Source of the DNA: Vibrio alginolyticus NBRC 15630 = ATCC 17749
GTDB lineage: Bacteria; Pseudomonadota; Gammaproteobacteria; Enterobacterales; Vibrionaceae
Direction: 5' to 3'
NCBI RefSeq assembly: GCF_000354175.2
Contig: NC_022349.1
Location: 1,080,001 to 1,112,000, forward strand
Length of the DNA: 32,000 nt
Position 1 is the stretch's first letter, and each line of letters starts with the position of its first letter. The notes under the pieces are model-generated. The model did no database searches, had not been told where the DNA came from, and saw only the letters and a program-made list of their open reading frames with translations. This document shows positions 9,787 to 17,618 of this stretch, one piece after another. The translations under genes were made by a program, and so were the position numbers.

Positions 9787-9816
9787 AAAAAGAGCAGCAA
9801 TTCAGCTGCTCTTTGT
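9787..9816. terminator. Bidirectional terminator between the ACT-domain gene (+) and nspC (-)
   Basis: AGAGCAGC (9791-9798) pairs with GCTGCTCT (9805-9812). The A-run upstream gives a strong T-run on the minus strand. The plus-strand T-run is weaker. Confidence 0.7.
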
Positions 9817-9837
9817 CGTTCTAATACTCAATACGTT

Positions 9838-10971
9838 TTATATCACTGACCACTGAGACAGTGAACGTTTGAAATCAGAGTAGTCAAATTCATTCAGTTT
9901 TTGAATGTCACCATTCGAGCGTTCACAGTAGACCGACGGCATACGTAGACCGTTAAACCAGTTCAGTTTCACCATGGTGTAACCGGCACTATCTAGAATA
10001 TGCAGACGCTGTCCTATCTCTAGAGGCTGTTCGAAGTTCGCCACGCAGAACTGGTCTCCAGCCAAACAAGAGCACGAGCCGATCACATACTCGTGTTCAC
10101 CATTTTCAGATGCTTCAAGAATTGACGCTGGCTCATTGTAGATCAACGTATCTAAGCGGTGAGCTTCTGTGGCTGAATCGACAATCGCCGTCTTCTTTAC
10201 GTTCTCAACGATATCAACCACAGTGACCACTAGGTCAGTCGTCTTGGTAATGATCGCTTCGCCCGGTTCTAGGTACATTTGCACGCCGTGTTTTTCAGCA
10301 AACGCTTTCAGCGCTAGGCCAAGCTTTTCGATGTCATAACCCGGCCATGTGAAGAACACGCCGCCGCCCATGCTTACCCAGTCCAGCTTATCTAGGTACT
10401 CGCCAAACTGAGCTGAAATAGCATCGAGTAAGCCGATAAACGCATCCACGTCTTTGTTCTCACAGTTCATGTGGAACATTACGCCATCAATACCATCAAA
10501 AATTTCCGGTTTGATGTGATCAGCCTGAACACCAAGACGAGAGAATTGACGCGCTGGGTTTGCTAAGTCTTGCCCTGCATAGCTCACACCTGGGTTTAGG
10601 CGCAAGCCAATCGATGCTTTGCCTTCGACAATATGACGATAAGCCGCTAGCTGTGACTGAGAGTTAAAGATCATCTTGTCACAGATGTCCGCCACATCGC
10701 GAACGTCATCTTCGCTGTAACCCACACTGTATGCGTGTGTCTCACCACCGAACGTTTCGTAGCCAAGCTTCACTTCAAACGGGCCAGAACTTGTTGTTCC
10801 GTCTAGGTAAGGCTTGATGATGTCGAATACACCCCATGTTGAGAAGCACTTCAGTGCTAATACAAGCTTCACACCAGAGATGTCTTTTAGCTGTTTTGCT
10901 TTCTCTAGGTTCTCAATCAGCTTGTCTTCATTGATCATGAAGTATGGCGTTTTTAGTTCGTTTTGTTGCAT
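9838..10971 (-). CDS. nspC: Carboxynorspermidine decarboxylase
   Basis: 377 aa, beginning [22 protein letters not shown]... It has alanine-racemase-fold decarboxylase features and sits last in the dat/ddc - CANSDH - nspC operon, as in Vibrio. Confidence 0.92.
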   Translation of the reverse strand: MQQNELKTPYFMINEDKLIENLEKAKQLKDISGVKLVLALKCFSTWGVFDIIKPYLDGTTSSGPFEVKLGYETFGGETHAYSVGYSEDDVRDVADICDKMIFNSQSQLAAYRHIVEGKASIGLRLNPGVSYAGQDLANPARQFSRLGVQADHIKPEIFDGIDGVMFHMNCENKDVDAFIGLLDAISAQFGEYLDKLDWVSMGGGVFFTWPGYDIEKLGLALKAFAEKHGVQMYLEPGEAIITKTTDLVVTVVDIVENVKKTAIVDSATEAHRLDTLIYNEPASILEASENGEHEYVIGSCSCLAGDQFCVANFEQPLEIGQRLHILDSAGYTMVKLNWFNGLRMPSVYCERSNGDIQKLNEFDYSDFKRSLSQWSVI

Positions 10972-11022
10972 TTTGATACCTTACGTCCCTTCGCCTTAGC
11001 AAAGACACTATAAAATCGAACA

Positions 11023-11046
11023 AAGCCGACGCAAGTGCATCGGCTT
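11023..11046 (-). other. Intra-operon hairpin between the CANSDH gene and nspC (possible partial terminator or processing site)
   Basis: AAGCCGA (11023-11029) pairs with TCGGCTT (11040-11046). On the minus strand it is followed by TGTTCGATTTTAT. Confidence 0.45.
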
Positions 11047-11074
11047 AAACGTACAAATAAGAGTCGCTAAATTC

Positions 11075-12319
11075 TTACTTCAATTTATGGATAACAGGTT
11101 GTCCTGGCTCCAGTTCTTGAACATGCCAATCTAGACCAATAGATGGCATGGTTTCTAGGAATGGGTCTGGATCTAGCTGCTCCATGTTGAACACGCCTTT
11201 GTCTGCCCATTTGCCACGGAAGAACTGCAAAGCCGCAGTGATCGCTGGTACGCCAGTGGTGTATGAGATAGCTTGGTGTTCAACATCTTCGTATGCGACT
11301 TCGTGATCAGCGTTGTTGTAAATAAATACACTGCGCTCTTTACCATCTTTCTTACCTTGAACCCAAGTACCGATACACGTTAGGCCAGTGTAGCCTGGCG
11401 CGAGTGATGTTGGATCTGGTAGTAGTGCTTTTAGCACGTGCAAAGGTTGAACAACCGTACCGTCATGAAGCGTTAGTGGATCTGGGCTGAGTAGACCGAT
11501 GTCGCGCATCACATTGAAGTAGTTTAGGTAACGGTCACCAAAGCCCATCCAGAATTCGATGCGTTTCGCAGGGATGAACTCTTGCATAGATCGAACTTCG
11601 TCGTGCGCCATTGAGTACACTTTGTGTGAACCACAATTCGGGAATTCAAACTCAAGCATACGTGAGTGACAAGGTACTTGTTTCCACTCGCCGTTTTCCC
11701 AGTAGAACGAATCGCCTTGAATCTCAAGCATGTTCGTTTCTGGATCAAAGTTAGTTGCGAACTTCTTACCGTGGTCGCCTGCGTTTACATCCATTACGTC
11801 GATAGTATCGATTTCATCGAACAGATGTTTCACTGCGTATGCGGCAAACACCGATACTACGCCCGGATCGAAACCAGCACCAAGAATACCTGTAATGCCC
11901 GCTTCTTCAAACTTCTCACGGTAACCCCACTGCCAATCGTAAGCTTGAGGTACTTGTTGGCCTTCAGAGCACAAATCAACCGCAACAGATGTATCAAGGT
12001 ATGACACTTTAGCTTGGTAACATGCTTCCATAATAGACATGTTCACCCAAGGAGGACCTGCGTTGATCACTAAGTCAGGTTGTACTTCTTTAATTAAAGC
12101 AACTAAAGAATCTACGTCGTCCGCGTTTACCGCTCGCGCTTCTAATTTCTTAGTTGAATCTTTCAGATTGTTTTTCTTCTGAATCGATTCGATGATTTTC
12201 TCACACTTACCTACGGTACGTGATGCGATTGTGATATCACCCAGAACGTCGTTGTTTTGTGCTGCTTTATGTGCAACTACCCAGCCAACGCCGCCTGCAC
12301 CAATCTGTAGAATTGCCAT
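11075..12319 (-). CDS. Carboxynorspermidine synthase/dehydrogenase (saccharopine dehydrogenase family)
   Basis: 414 aa with an N-terminal Rossmann motif (MAILQIGAGGVGWVVAHK). It lies between dat/ddc and nspC. Confidence 0.9.
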   Translation of the reverse strand: MAILQIGAGGVGWVVAHKAAQNNDVLGDITIASRTVGKCEKIIESIQKKNNLKDSTKKLEARAVNADDVDSLVALIKEVQPDLVINAGPPWVNMSIMEACYQAKVSYLDTSVAVDLCSEGQQVPQAYDWQWGYREKFEEAGITGILGAGFDPGVVSVFAAYAVKHLFDEIDTIDVMDVNAGDHGKKFATNFDPETNMLEIQGDSFYWENGEWKQVPCHSRMLEFEFPNCGSHKVYSMAHDEVRSMQEFIPAKRIEFWMGFGDRYLNYFNVMRDIGLLSPDPLTLHDGTVVQPLHVLKALLPDPTSLAPGYTGLTCIGTWVQGKKDGKERSVFIYNNADHEVAYEDVEHQAISYTTGVPAITAALQFFRGKWADKGVFNMEQLDPDPFLETMPSIGLDWHVQELEPGQPVIHKLK

Positions 12320-12337
12320 AGTTTTCCGTTACCTTTG

Positions 12338-15214
12338 TTAAACTAGCTCTGCCGCTAGCGTATTGATTTTTGAGAGCAAAGATTCAAAGTCCGCCGTCGT
12401 CAGACACGGGTTCAAAATCGTAAATTTCAATGCAGTTTTATCGTCGACAATGGTTTCACCCAATACCGCGATACCGCGTGTTAACGCTTCTAAGCGCAAC
12501 GTTTTGTTCAGTTCATCAAGATCCGCTGATTCATGTGTCGCTCGGAACAGAACCGTAGATAGTGATGGTTCAGCCAACAACTCAAAGTGTTTGTTATCTC
12601 GAATCATGTCCGCCACTTCAAGCGTCTGTTCAAGCAAATGATCATACATATCGCCTAGTGCTTTTGGCCCTACGCTTTGCATCGTCATAAACACTTTGAG
12701 CGCATCAAAACGCTTAGTTGTCGCAATAGACTTATCCACCAAGTTCGGTAGTTCGTCGTGTTCGCGGTTCAAATAGTCTGCATGGTGAAGCAGGAATTTA
12801 AAGTTAGACTTGTCATTTACCAATAGCGCACCACAACTGATGGTTTGGTAAAACAGCTTATGGAAGTCTACGCTGATGGAATGTGCACGCTCACAACCTT
12901 TCAGACGCGCTTTTTGGCTACTTAGAATCAGAGCTCCACCGTATGCACCGTCGACGTGCATCCACATGTCATGTTTCGCTGCCATATCGGCGATAAAGTC
13001 TAAGTCATCAATAGCACCGTGGTCCGTTGTGCCCGCTGTGCCAACAATGGCAAATGGGATCAAACCTTCTGCTTTGGCCTGATTGAGAACTTCGTCTAAT
13101 TTAGTGACATCCATCGTTCCATCGGCATTAGCATCGACAGTCATGACCGCTTTTTCACCCAGCCCCATCCAAGACGCTGATTTTTGAACCGTGAAGTGGG
13201 ATTTTTTTGAACATACAATACGTAGCTTGTCTGCGTATTCAGGAAGGCCAAGCTTTTGAATTGAGTGTGCACTGAGTTTGTCAGCAATCCAGTCACGCGC
13301 TAACATCAAGCCCATTTGGTTACTTTGCGTGCCGCCGCTCGTGAAGATACCGTCCGCTTTTTCACCTAACTCATATTTATCGCATAGCCAGTTCACAACT
13401 TTCTGTTCAACATAAGTCGCTGATGAAGCTTGATCCCATGAGTCCATAGACTGGTTCAAAGCCGCAATCATTGCCTCTGCCGCAATCGCTGGCATCAAAG
13501 GTGGAGTATGCAGGTGAGCAATACAATCTGGATGTTGAGTAAAAATTGCGTTTTTCGCGACCAGCTCAGCAGCATCGTCGATAACGGTTTTAAGAGGCGC
13601 ATTTCCATTATCAAGATCAACGTCGTGAATCGCTGCTTCCAATGCTTTTGGATCCATACCTGAATACGGTGCAGCCACTTGTTCAAACACTGACTTCATT
13701 GCCGTAGTAGTGTGATTCATCACCGAAGCAAATTCATTGCTGCCCATCTCTCCAGTGTGGATGAAATGCTTCTTCCATTCATCTTGTGGCTGAATTTCGA
13801 TGTGACTACCGCCAGCGGCTAAAATCGCGTCTTCAAATACACGTAAAGCAAAGTCGATTTGCTCAAACGAGATGATAAGAGGAGGAAGGAAACGAATTAC
13901 TGCGCCTTCGCGTCCACCTTTCTCAACGATCAAGCCACGCTCGAGTGCTGCGCGTTGAATAGAAAGTGTGAGTTCACTATCCGCTTGAGGTTCACCAAAT
14001 TTATTGAGCTCACCGTTTGGAGTTTTAATCTCCACGCCTAGCATCAAACCTTTGCCACGAACCTCTGCGATACAGTTCACACGCTTTTGAATACTTTCAA
14101 GGCCGTAGCGCAAGTACTGACCCGCAATATTGGCATGCTCAACAAGATTATCACGTTGGATAATTTCTAATGCTTTCGCACCAGAGACCATGGCTAACTG
14201 GTTACCACGAAATGTACCTGTGTGCTCGCCCGGCTTCCATGTATCATGTTGCTTGTTGATAACCAATAGCGACATTGGTAATCCACCACCAATTGCTTTT
14301 GATAAACACAGAATATCTGGAACAATGCCCGACTCTTCGAACGCGAAATTGTAGCCAGTTTTACCAACACCACACTGGATCTCATCGAAGATCAGTAAGA
14401 TACCGTGTTCATCACAAATACGACGTAACTCTCGTAGCCAGAATGCTGGCGCAGGAACAACACCACCCTCACCTTGCACTGGCTCCACGATAATCGCGGC
14501 AGGCTTCATAATGCCTGACTCATCATCGTTTAAAAGACGATCGATATAGCGAATACTTGCTTTCGCACCTTCATCACCGCCAAGCCCAAAAGGACAACGC
14601 AGGTTGTATGGGAAAGGCATAAAGTGCACATCCGACATCAAACCAGTTCGACGAGCTTTCGTGCCTAAGTTACCCATCATCCCCATCGTACCATTAGTCA
14701 TACCATGGTATGCGCCGCGGAAGGCAAACATAGTGTTGCGACCGGTAGTCTGTTTCGCGAGCTTGATAGCAGCTTCAACCGCATCAGCTCCAGACGGGCC
14801 ACAAAATTGGATAACGCTGTTCTCGCTTAACTCTTGAGGAAGAAAAGACTTAACAGATTGAATAAACGTCGTTTTTGCTGATGTTGCAATATCTAGCGTC
14901 TGATATGGCAGTCCTGAATCTAATTGCTCTTTCAGAGCTTGGTTTATTTCAGGATGGTTATACCCCAAAGCTAGAGTGCCTGCCCCAGCAAGGCAGTCTA
15001 GAAAGATCTGTCCACGCGTATCTTCAACCAAGCACCCAAAGGCTTGTTTAATTGCGATCGGCAAACGACGTGGATAAGAACGTACTTCAGATTCATGCTC
15101 AGCCTGATCAATCAATACTTGATCTGGCGTTAAGTCATACGTTCCCTCAACGATAGGAACCTGAGACGAAAAAATGTTTGCGATATTGCTATCGACTTCA
15201 AAGGCAGTGCTCAT
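12338..15214 (-). CDS. dat/ddc: Bifunctional fusion: L-2,4-diaminobutyrate:2-oxoglutarate aminotransferase (N-terminal) / L-2,4-diaminobutyrate decarboxylase (C-terminal)
   Basis: 958 aa. The N-terminal half is a class III aminotransferase (LIFDEIQCGVGKTG, LCLSKAIGGG). The C-terminal half is a group II PLP decarboxylase (SISVDFHKLFYQ). This fusion is known from Vibrio norspermidine biosynthesis. Confidence 0.92.
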   Translation of the reverse strand: MSTAFEVDSNIANIFSSQVPIVEGTYDLTPDQVLIDQAEHESEVRSYPRRLPIAIKQAFGCLVEDTRGQIFLDCLAGAGTLALGYNHPEINQALKEQLDSGLPYQTLDIATSAKTTFIQSVKSFLPQELSENSVIQFCGPSGADAVEAAIKLAKQTTGRNTMFAFRGAYHGMTNGTMGMMGNLGTKARRTGLMSDVHFMPFPYNLRCPFGLGGDEGAKASIRYIDRLLNDDESGIMKPAAIIVEPVQGEGGVVPAPAFWLRELRRICDEHGILLIFDEIQCGVGKTGYNFAFEESGIVPDILCLSKAIGGGLPMSLLVINKQHDTWKPGEHTGTFRGNQLAMVSGAKALEIIQRDNLVEHANIAGQYLRYGLESIQKRVNCIAEVRGKGLMLGVEIKTPNGELNKFGEPQADSELTLSIQRAALERGLIVEKGGREGAVIRFLPPLIISFEQIDFALRVFEDAILAAGGSHIEIQPQDEWKKHFIHTGEMGSNEFASVMNHTTTAMKSVFEQVAAPYSGMDPKALEAAIHDVDLDNGNAPLKTVIDDAAELVAKNAIFTQHPDCIAHLHTPPLMPAIAAEAMIAALNQSMDSWDQASSATYVEQKVVNWLCDKYELGEKADGIFTSGGTQSNQMGLMLARDWIADKLSAHSIQKLGLPEYADKLRIVCSKKSHFTVQKSASWMGLGEKAVMTVDANADGTMDVTKLDEVLNQAKAEGLIPFAIVGTAGTTDHGAIDDLDFIADMAAKHDMWMHVDGAYGGALILSSQKARLKGCERAHSISVDFHKLFYQTISCGALLVNDKSNFKFLLHHADYLNREHDELPNLVDKSIATTKRFDALKVFMTMQSVGPKALGDMYDHLLEQTLEVADMIRDNKHFELLAEPSLSTVLFRATHESADLDELNKTLRLEALTRGIAVLGETIVDDKTALKFTILNPCLTTADFESLLSKINTLAAELV

Positions 15215-16065
15215 ACTACATAATCCCTTGAATTATAATAATTCTGTATCCTGTATTAATAATCATTAGAATGAAATTACAGGAGGTGTGAATACCCCTC
15301 CGCATTTGTCAGTGCATAAATGACAAATACAGATCATCCGCCACGATACTCGCGACTTTATATGTAAAAGGGATTAATCAAGGTTCTGTAATGCACCCGT
15401 TTTGTAAAACAGGACATTTCGGCAGTATGAAGCTGATTAGTGTGTGTTTATTCAAAGGTTTCAATGTTGGGTTTCCCATTAATATGCCGCGTTTACAGCA
15501 TTAGTATCCCGTCTATCGACAAAAGGCTTTGCCGATACCTACCCTACGCAGTGTCACAATCAGCTTGAATGGTCACTACGCGTATCCCCCAGAGATCAAA
15601 CGTTGTTAATTACGCTCCGAGATTGCGCGCGAATTTATCACAAAATAAAATCTTCTGGCAACGATTTTTCATATTAGTAACAGTGATGTAAATCACAACA
15701 AAACATACCCCATCGTAACTCGCATGTTCATATTCATGAGCTATGCTTTTCTGCTTCTCTCAAACAGCTGTTATTTAAACAAATATTCTTGAGATATCAT
15801 CACCTCATCCAACAGAGGTTTAAGGTTGTGCTGCTTAATCGTAAAACATTCCTTTCAATATCCGGAACATTTAAAAAGATAGCATTCTCGTCACAGCTTT
15901 GCCTGGAGCAAGAGTGGTTATTCTCCACAAGTGATGGTTTAAACATAGACTAGTAGGAATGGCTAAGATGCTTTGCAATGGCAGAATGAACAATCACTTG
16001 AGTCAATTAGACAAAGGGTTCGTTACTTAACGAAGTCTGTGACAGAAAAGAAGTTTGAGATTTTC

Positions 16066-16104
16066 AAAAAATACGAAAAAGGCCTAACATTTTCATGTTA
16101 GGCC
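16066..16104 (-). terminator. Rho-independent terminator of the tRNA operon
   Basis: GGCCTAACAT (16081-16090), loop TTTC, ATGTTAGGCC (16095-16104). On the minus strand it is followed by TTTTTCGTATTTTTT. Confidence 0.85.
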
Positions 16105-16111
16105 TTAAATC

Positions 16112-16187
16112 TGGAGCGACACACGAGGTTCGAACTCGTGACCTCAACCTTGGCAAGGTTGCGCTCTACCAACTGAGCTAGTGTCGC
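16112..16187 (-). tRNA. glyW: tRNA-Gly (GCC)
   Basis: The reverse complement GCGACACTAGCTCAGTTGGTAGAGCGCAACCTTGCCAAGGTTGAGGTCACGAGTTCGAACCTCGTGTGTCGCTCCA folds as a cloverleaf with anticodon loop TTGCCAA and an encoded CCA end. Confidence 0.95.
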
Positions 16188-16200
16188 ATTTAATATGAGA

Positions 16201-16287
16201 TGGTGCCCCGGGCCGGACTTGAACCGGCACAACGCGAACGTCGAGGGATTTTAAATCCCTTGTGTCTACCAATTCCACCACCAGGGC
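16201..16287 (-). tRNA. leuZ: tRNA-Leu (UAA), class II with long variable arm
   Basis: The reverse complement GCCCTGGTGGTGGAATTGGTAGACACAAGGGATTTAAAATCCCTCGACGTTCGCGTTGTGCCGGTTCAAGTCCGGCCCGGGGCACCA has anticodon loop TTTAAAA and is near-identical in layout to E. coli leuZ. Confidence 0.95.
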
Positions 16288-16365
16288 ACACAAATATTCT
16301 TTGTGATGCCTTTACAGAAAAGTAAAACACCATCTGATACCGCTAAATGCCATATCAATAAAATT

Positions 16366-16441
16366 TGGAGCGACACACGAGGTTCGAACTCGTGACCTCA
16401 ACCTTGGCAAGGTTGCGCTCTACCAACTGAGCTAGTGTCGC
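16366..16441 (-). tRNA. glyW: tRNA-Gly (GCC), second copy, identical over 76 nt to 16112-16187
   Basis: The sequence matches the first Gly copy exactly. The flanking spacers differ. Confidence 0.95.
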
Positions 16442-16477
16442 ATTTTTCTCGAAAGCCATTCGCTCTCAAAAGAATAA

Positions 16478-16551
16478 TGGAGGCGCCTCCCGGAGTCGAA
16501 CCGAGGTCCACGGATTTGCAATCCGCTGCATAGCCACTCTGCCAAGGCGCC
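16478..16551 (-). tRNA. cysT: tRNA-Cys (GCA)
   Basis: The reverse complement GGCGCCTTGGCAGAGTGGCTATGCAGCGGATTGCAAATCCGTGGACCTCGGTTCGACTCCGGGAGGCGCCTCCA has anticodon loop TTGCAAA. Confidence 0.95.
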
Positions 16552-16618
16552 TCATTTGTGAATAAAGCTAAGCTTTTTCACCACCCTTTCGAGCCGTGCT
16601 CTCTTGGGTACGGGATGC

Positions 16619-16670
16619 ATTCTACGGATTCGAGCGATCGAGTCAACACTATTTTTATTTTTTTAAATCG
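16619..16670 (-). promoter_or_regulatory. Candidate sigma70 promoter of the tRNA operon, with UP-like A/T tract and GC-rich discriminator
   Basis: The minus strand reads AAAAAAATAAAAATAGTG-TTGACT-16 nt-TAGAAT-GCATCCCG. The -35 is at 16641-16646 and the -10 at 16619-16624. This layout is typical of stringently controlled stable-RNA promoters. Confidence 0.6.
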
Positions 16671-16973
16671 TTTGACTAGAATTTGTGCGAAAGACGATGG
16701 ATTGCTTAGTTTTAATACTAAAAATCGCTTAAATACACTTGTTTATCATAAAACTTTGGCTACGCCTTACACTGCTGGCCGTGCGTTGCGTGCATTGAAG
16801 TATTAATAATCAGAAGACTCGCCTCTCTAAGACTCTCCAAGGACAAAAACAAGACTTAGATCACAAATATAACTCTATCGAAGCAAAAGCCCCAGATACA
16901 AATTGCAAACATGGCCGTTAGCAAGCATTGAAAAGCGAGAGAAGCCAAAAAATGCTGTAGATTGCCTTAGATA

Positions 16974-17000
16974 CAAAAAAGCAGGCTATTAAGCCTGCTT
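16974..17000 (-). terminator. Rho-independent terminator after pgsA
   Basis: GCAGGCT (16981-16987) pairs with AGCCTGC (16992-16998). On the minus strand it is followed by TTTTTTGTAT. Confidence 0.8.
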
Positions 17001-17014
17001 TCTAACATCAGAAT

Positions 17015-17572
17015 TTAATGGTGCTCTTCATTCAACAGATCGTCTTTCGCAGCAGCCAAATATTGAATCATTGACCAATATGTCAAGAAAGTTGCCACAT
17101 ACAAGGCCGCAAAGCCTAGCCAAACCATCCATTCATCGTAACGCCATATCAACACCCATAAGGCGAACATTTGCGAAACAGTTTTTACTTTGCCAACCCA
17201 AGATACCGCAACACTTGCTCGCTTACCGATTTCAGCCATCCATTCTCGCAATGCTGAGATAATGATTTCTCGCGCAATCATCGTTACCGCAGGAATGGTC
17301 ACCCAAATTGAATGATAATGTTCCGTGATTAGAATCAATGCCGTTGCCACTAGCACTTTATCAGCGACAGGATCAATAAACGCGCCAAAACGAGAAGTTT
17401 GGCCAAGTTTACGGGCCAACATGCCGTCAAGCCAGTCAGTAAAACCCGCTACCCAAAACACCATTGCTGCTGCAAACGGTGCCCATGAATAAGGTAGATA
17501 AAAGACAACCACAAAAACAGGGATTAGGAACAGTCTAAGAAGAGACAGAATGTTCGGGATATTCAAACGCAT
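17015..17572 (-). CDS. pgsA: CDP-diacylglycerol--glycerol-3-phosphate 3-phosphatidyltransferase
   Basis: 185 aa with the CDP-alcohol phosphotransferase motif [28 protein letters not shown]. uvrC-pgsA-tRNA synteny matches E. coli. Confidence 0.95.
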   Translation of the reverse strand: MRLNIPNILSLLRLFLIPVFVVVFYLPYSWAPFAAAMVFWVAGFTDWLDGMLARKLGQTSRFGAFIDPVADKVLVATALILITEHYHSIWVTIPAVTMIAREIIISALREWMAEIGKRASVAVSWVGKVKTVSQMFALWVLIWRYDEWMVWLGFAALYVATFLTYWSMIQYLAAAKDDLLNEEHH

Positions 17573-17618
17573 TTTATTATTCTCTTACACATTGCGGCTT
17601 AATGTTGCGCGATTTTCC

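Noticed and set aside
15232-15259. Near-consensus promoter on the minus strand (TTAATA-16 nt-TATAAT) immediately upstream of dat/ddc
   Set aside because: The -10 ends only 17 nt before the ATG, so the transcript would start at or inside the AAGGGA ribosome-binding site. In AT-rich sequence such hexamers arise by chance. I mention it in a finding but do not call it a feature.
15266-15337. 23-codon minus-strand mini-ORF MICICHLCTDKCGGVFTPPVISF (Cys-rich, contains Pro-Pro) spanning the two hairpins upstream of dat/ddc, a tempting leader-peptide candidate
   Set aside because: No Shine-Dalgarno lies at a usable distance (GGCGG abuts the ATG). Several similar-length ORFs exist in other frames (for example 33 codons from 15479), so chance is sufficient. 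It would need ribosome profiling or conservation to be believed.
15490-15550. Superficial resemblance to c-di-GMP-I (GEMM) riboswitch elements on the minus strand (GGTAGGTATCGG and GGCAAAGCC)
   Set aside because: The element order is wrong relative to the Vc2-type consensus as I recall it, and the ACGCACAGGGCAAACC 5' block and paired helices are absent. This is not a supportable riboswitch call without a covariance-model hit.
15215-16065. The spacer as a CsrB-like sRNA (UvrY/VarA is encoded nearby), or as a remnant of a tRNA-targeted integrated element
   Set aside because: My hand count of GGA motifs on the minus strand is about 11, which is what base composition predicts and far fewer than a CsrB-type RNA carries. 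I found no direct repeat of the tRNA-Gly 3' end, no integrase remnant and no long stop-free pseudogene stretch.
16558-16806. 82-aa plus-strand ORF next to tRNA-Cys
   Set aside because: It overlaps the tRNA-operon promoter and UP region on the opposite strand. It starts at a non-ATG codon (GTG at 16558) with no obvious SD, and I recognise no motifs in its translation.
16814-16856. Three copies of AAGACT(C/T) at 16814, 16829 and 16851
   Set aside because: The hexamers are short with irregular spacing (15 and 22 bp) and no flanking similarity, which is consistent with chance.
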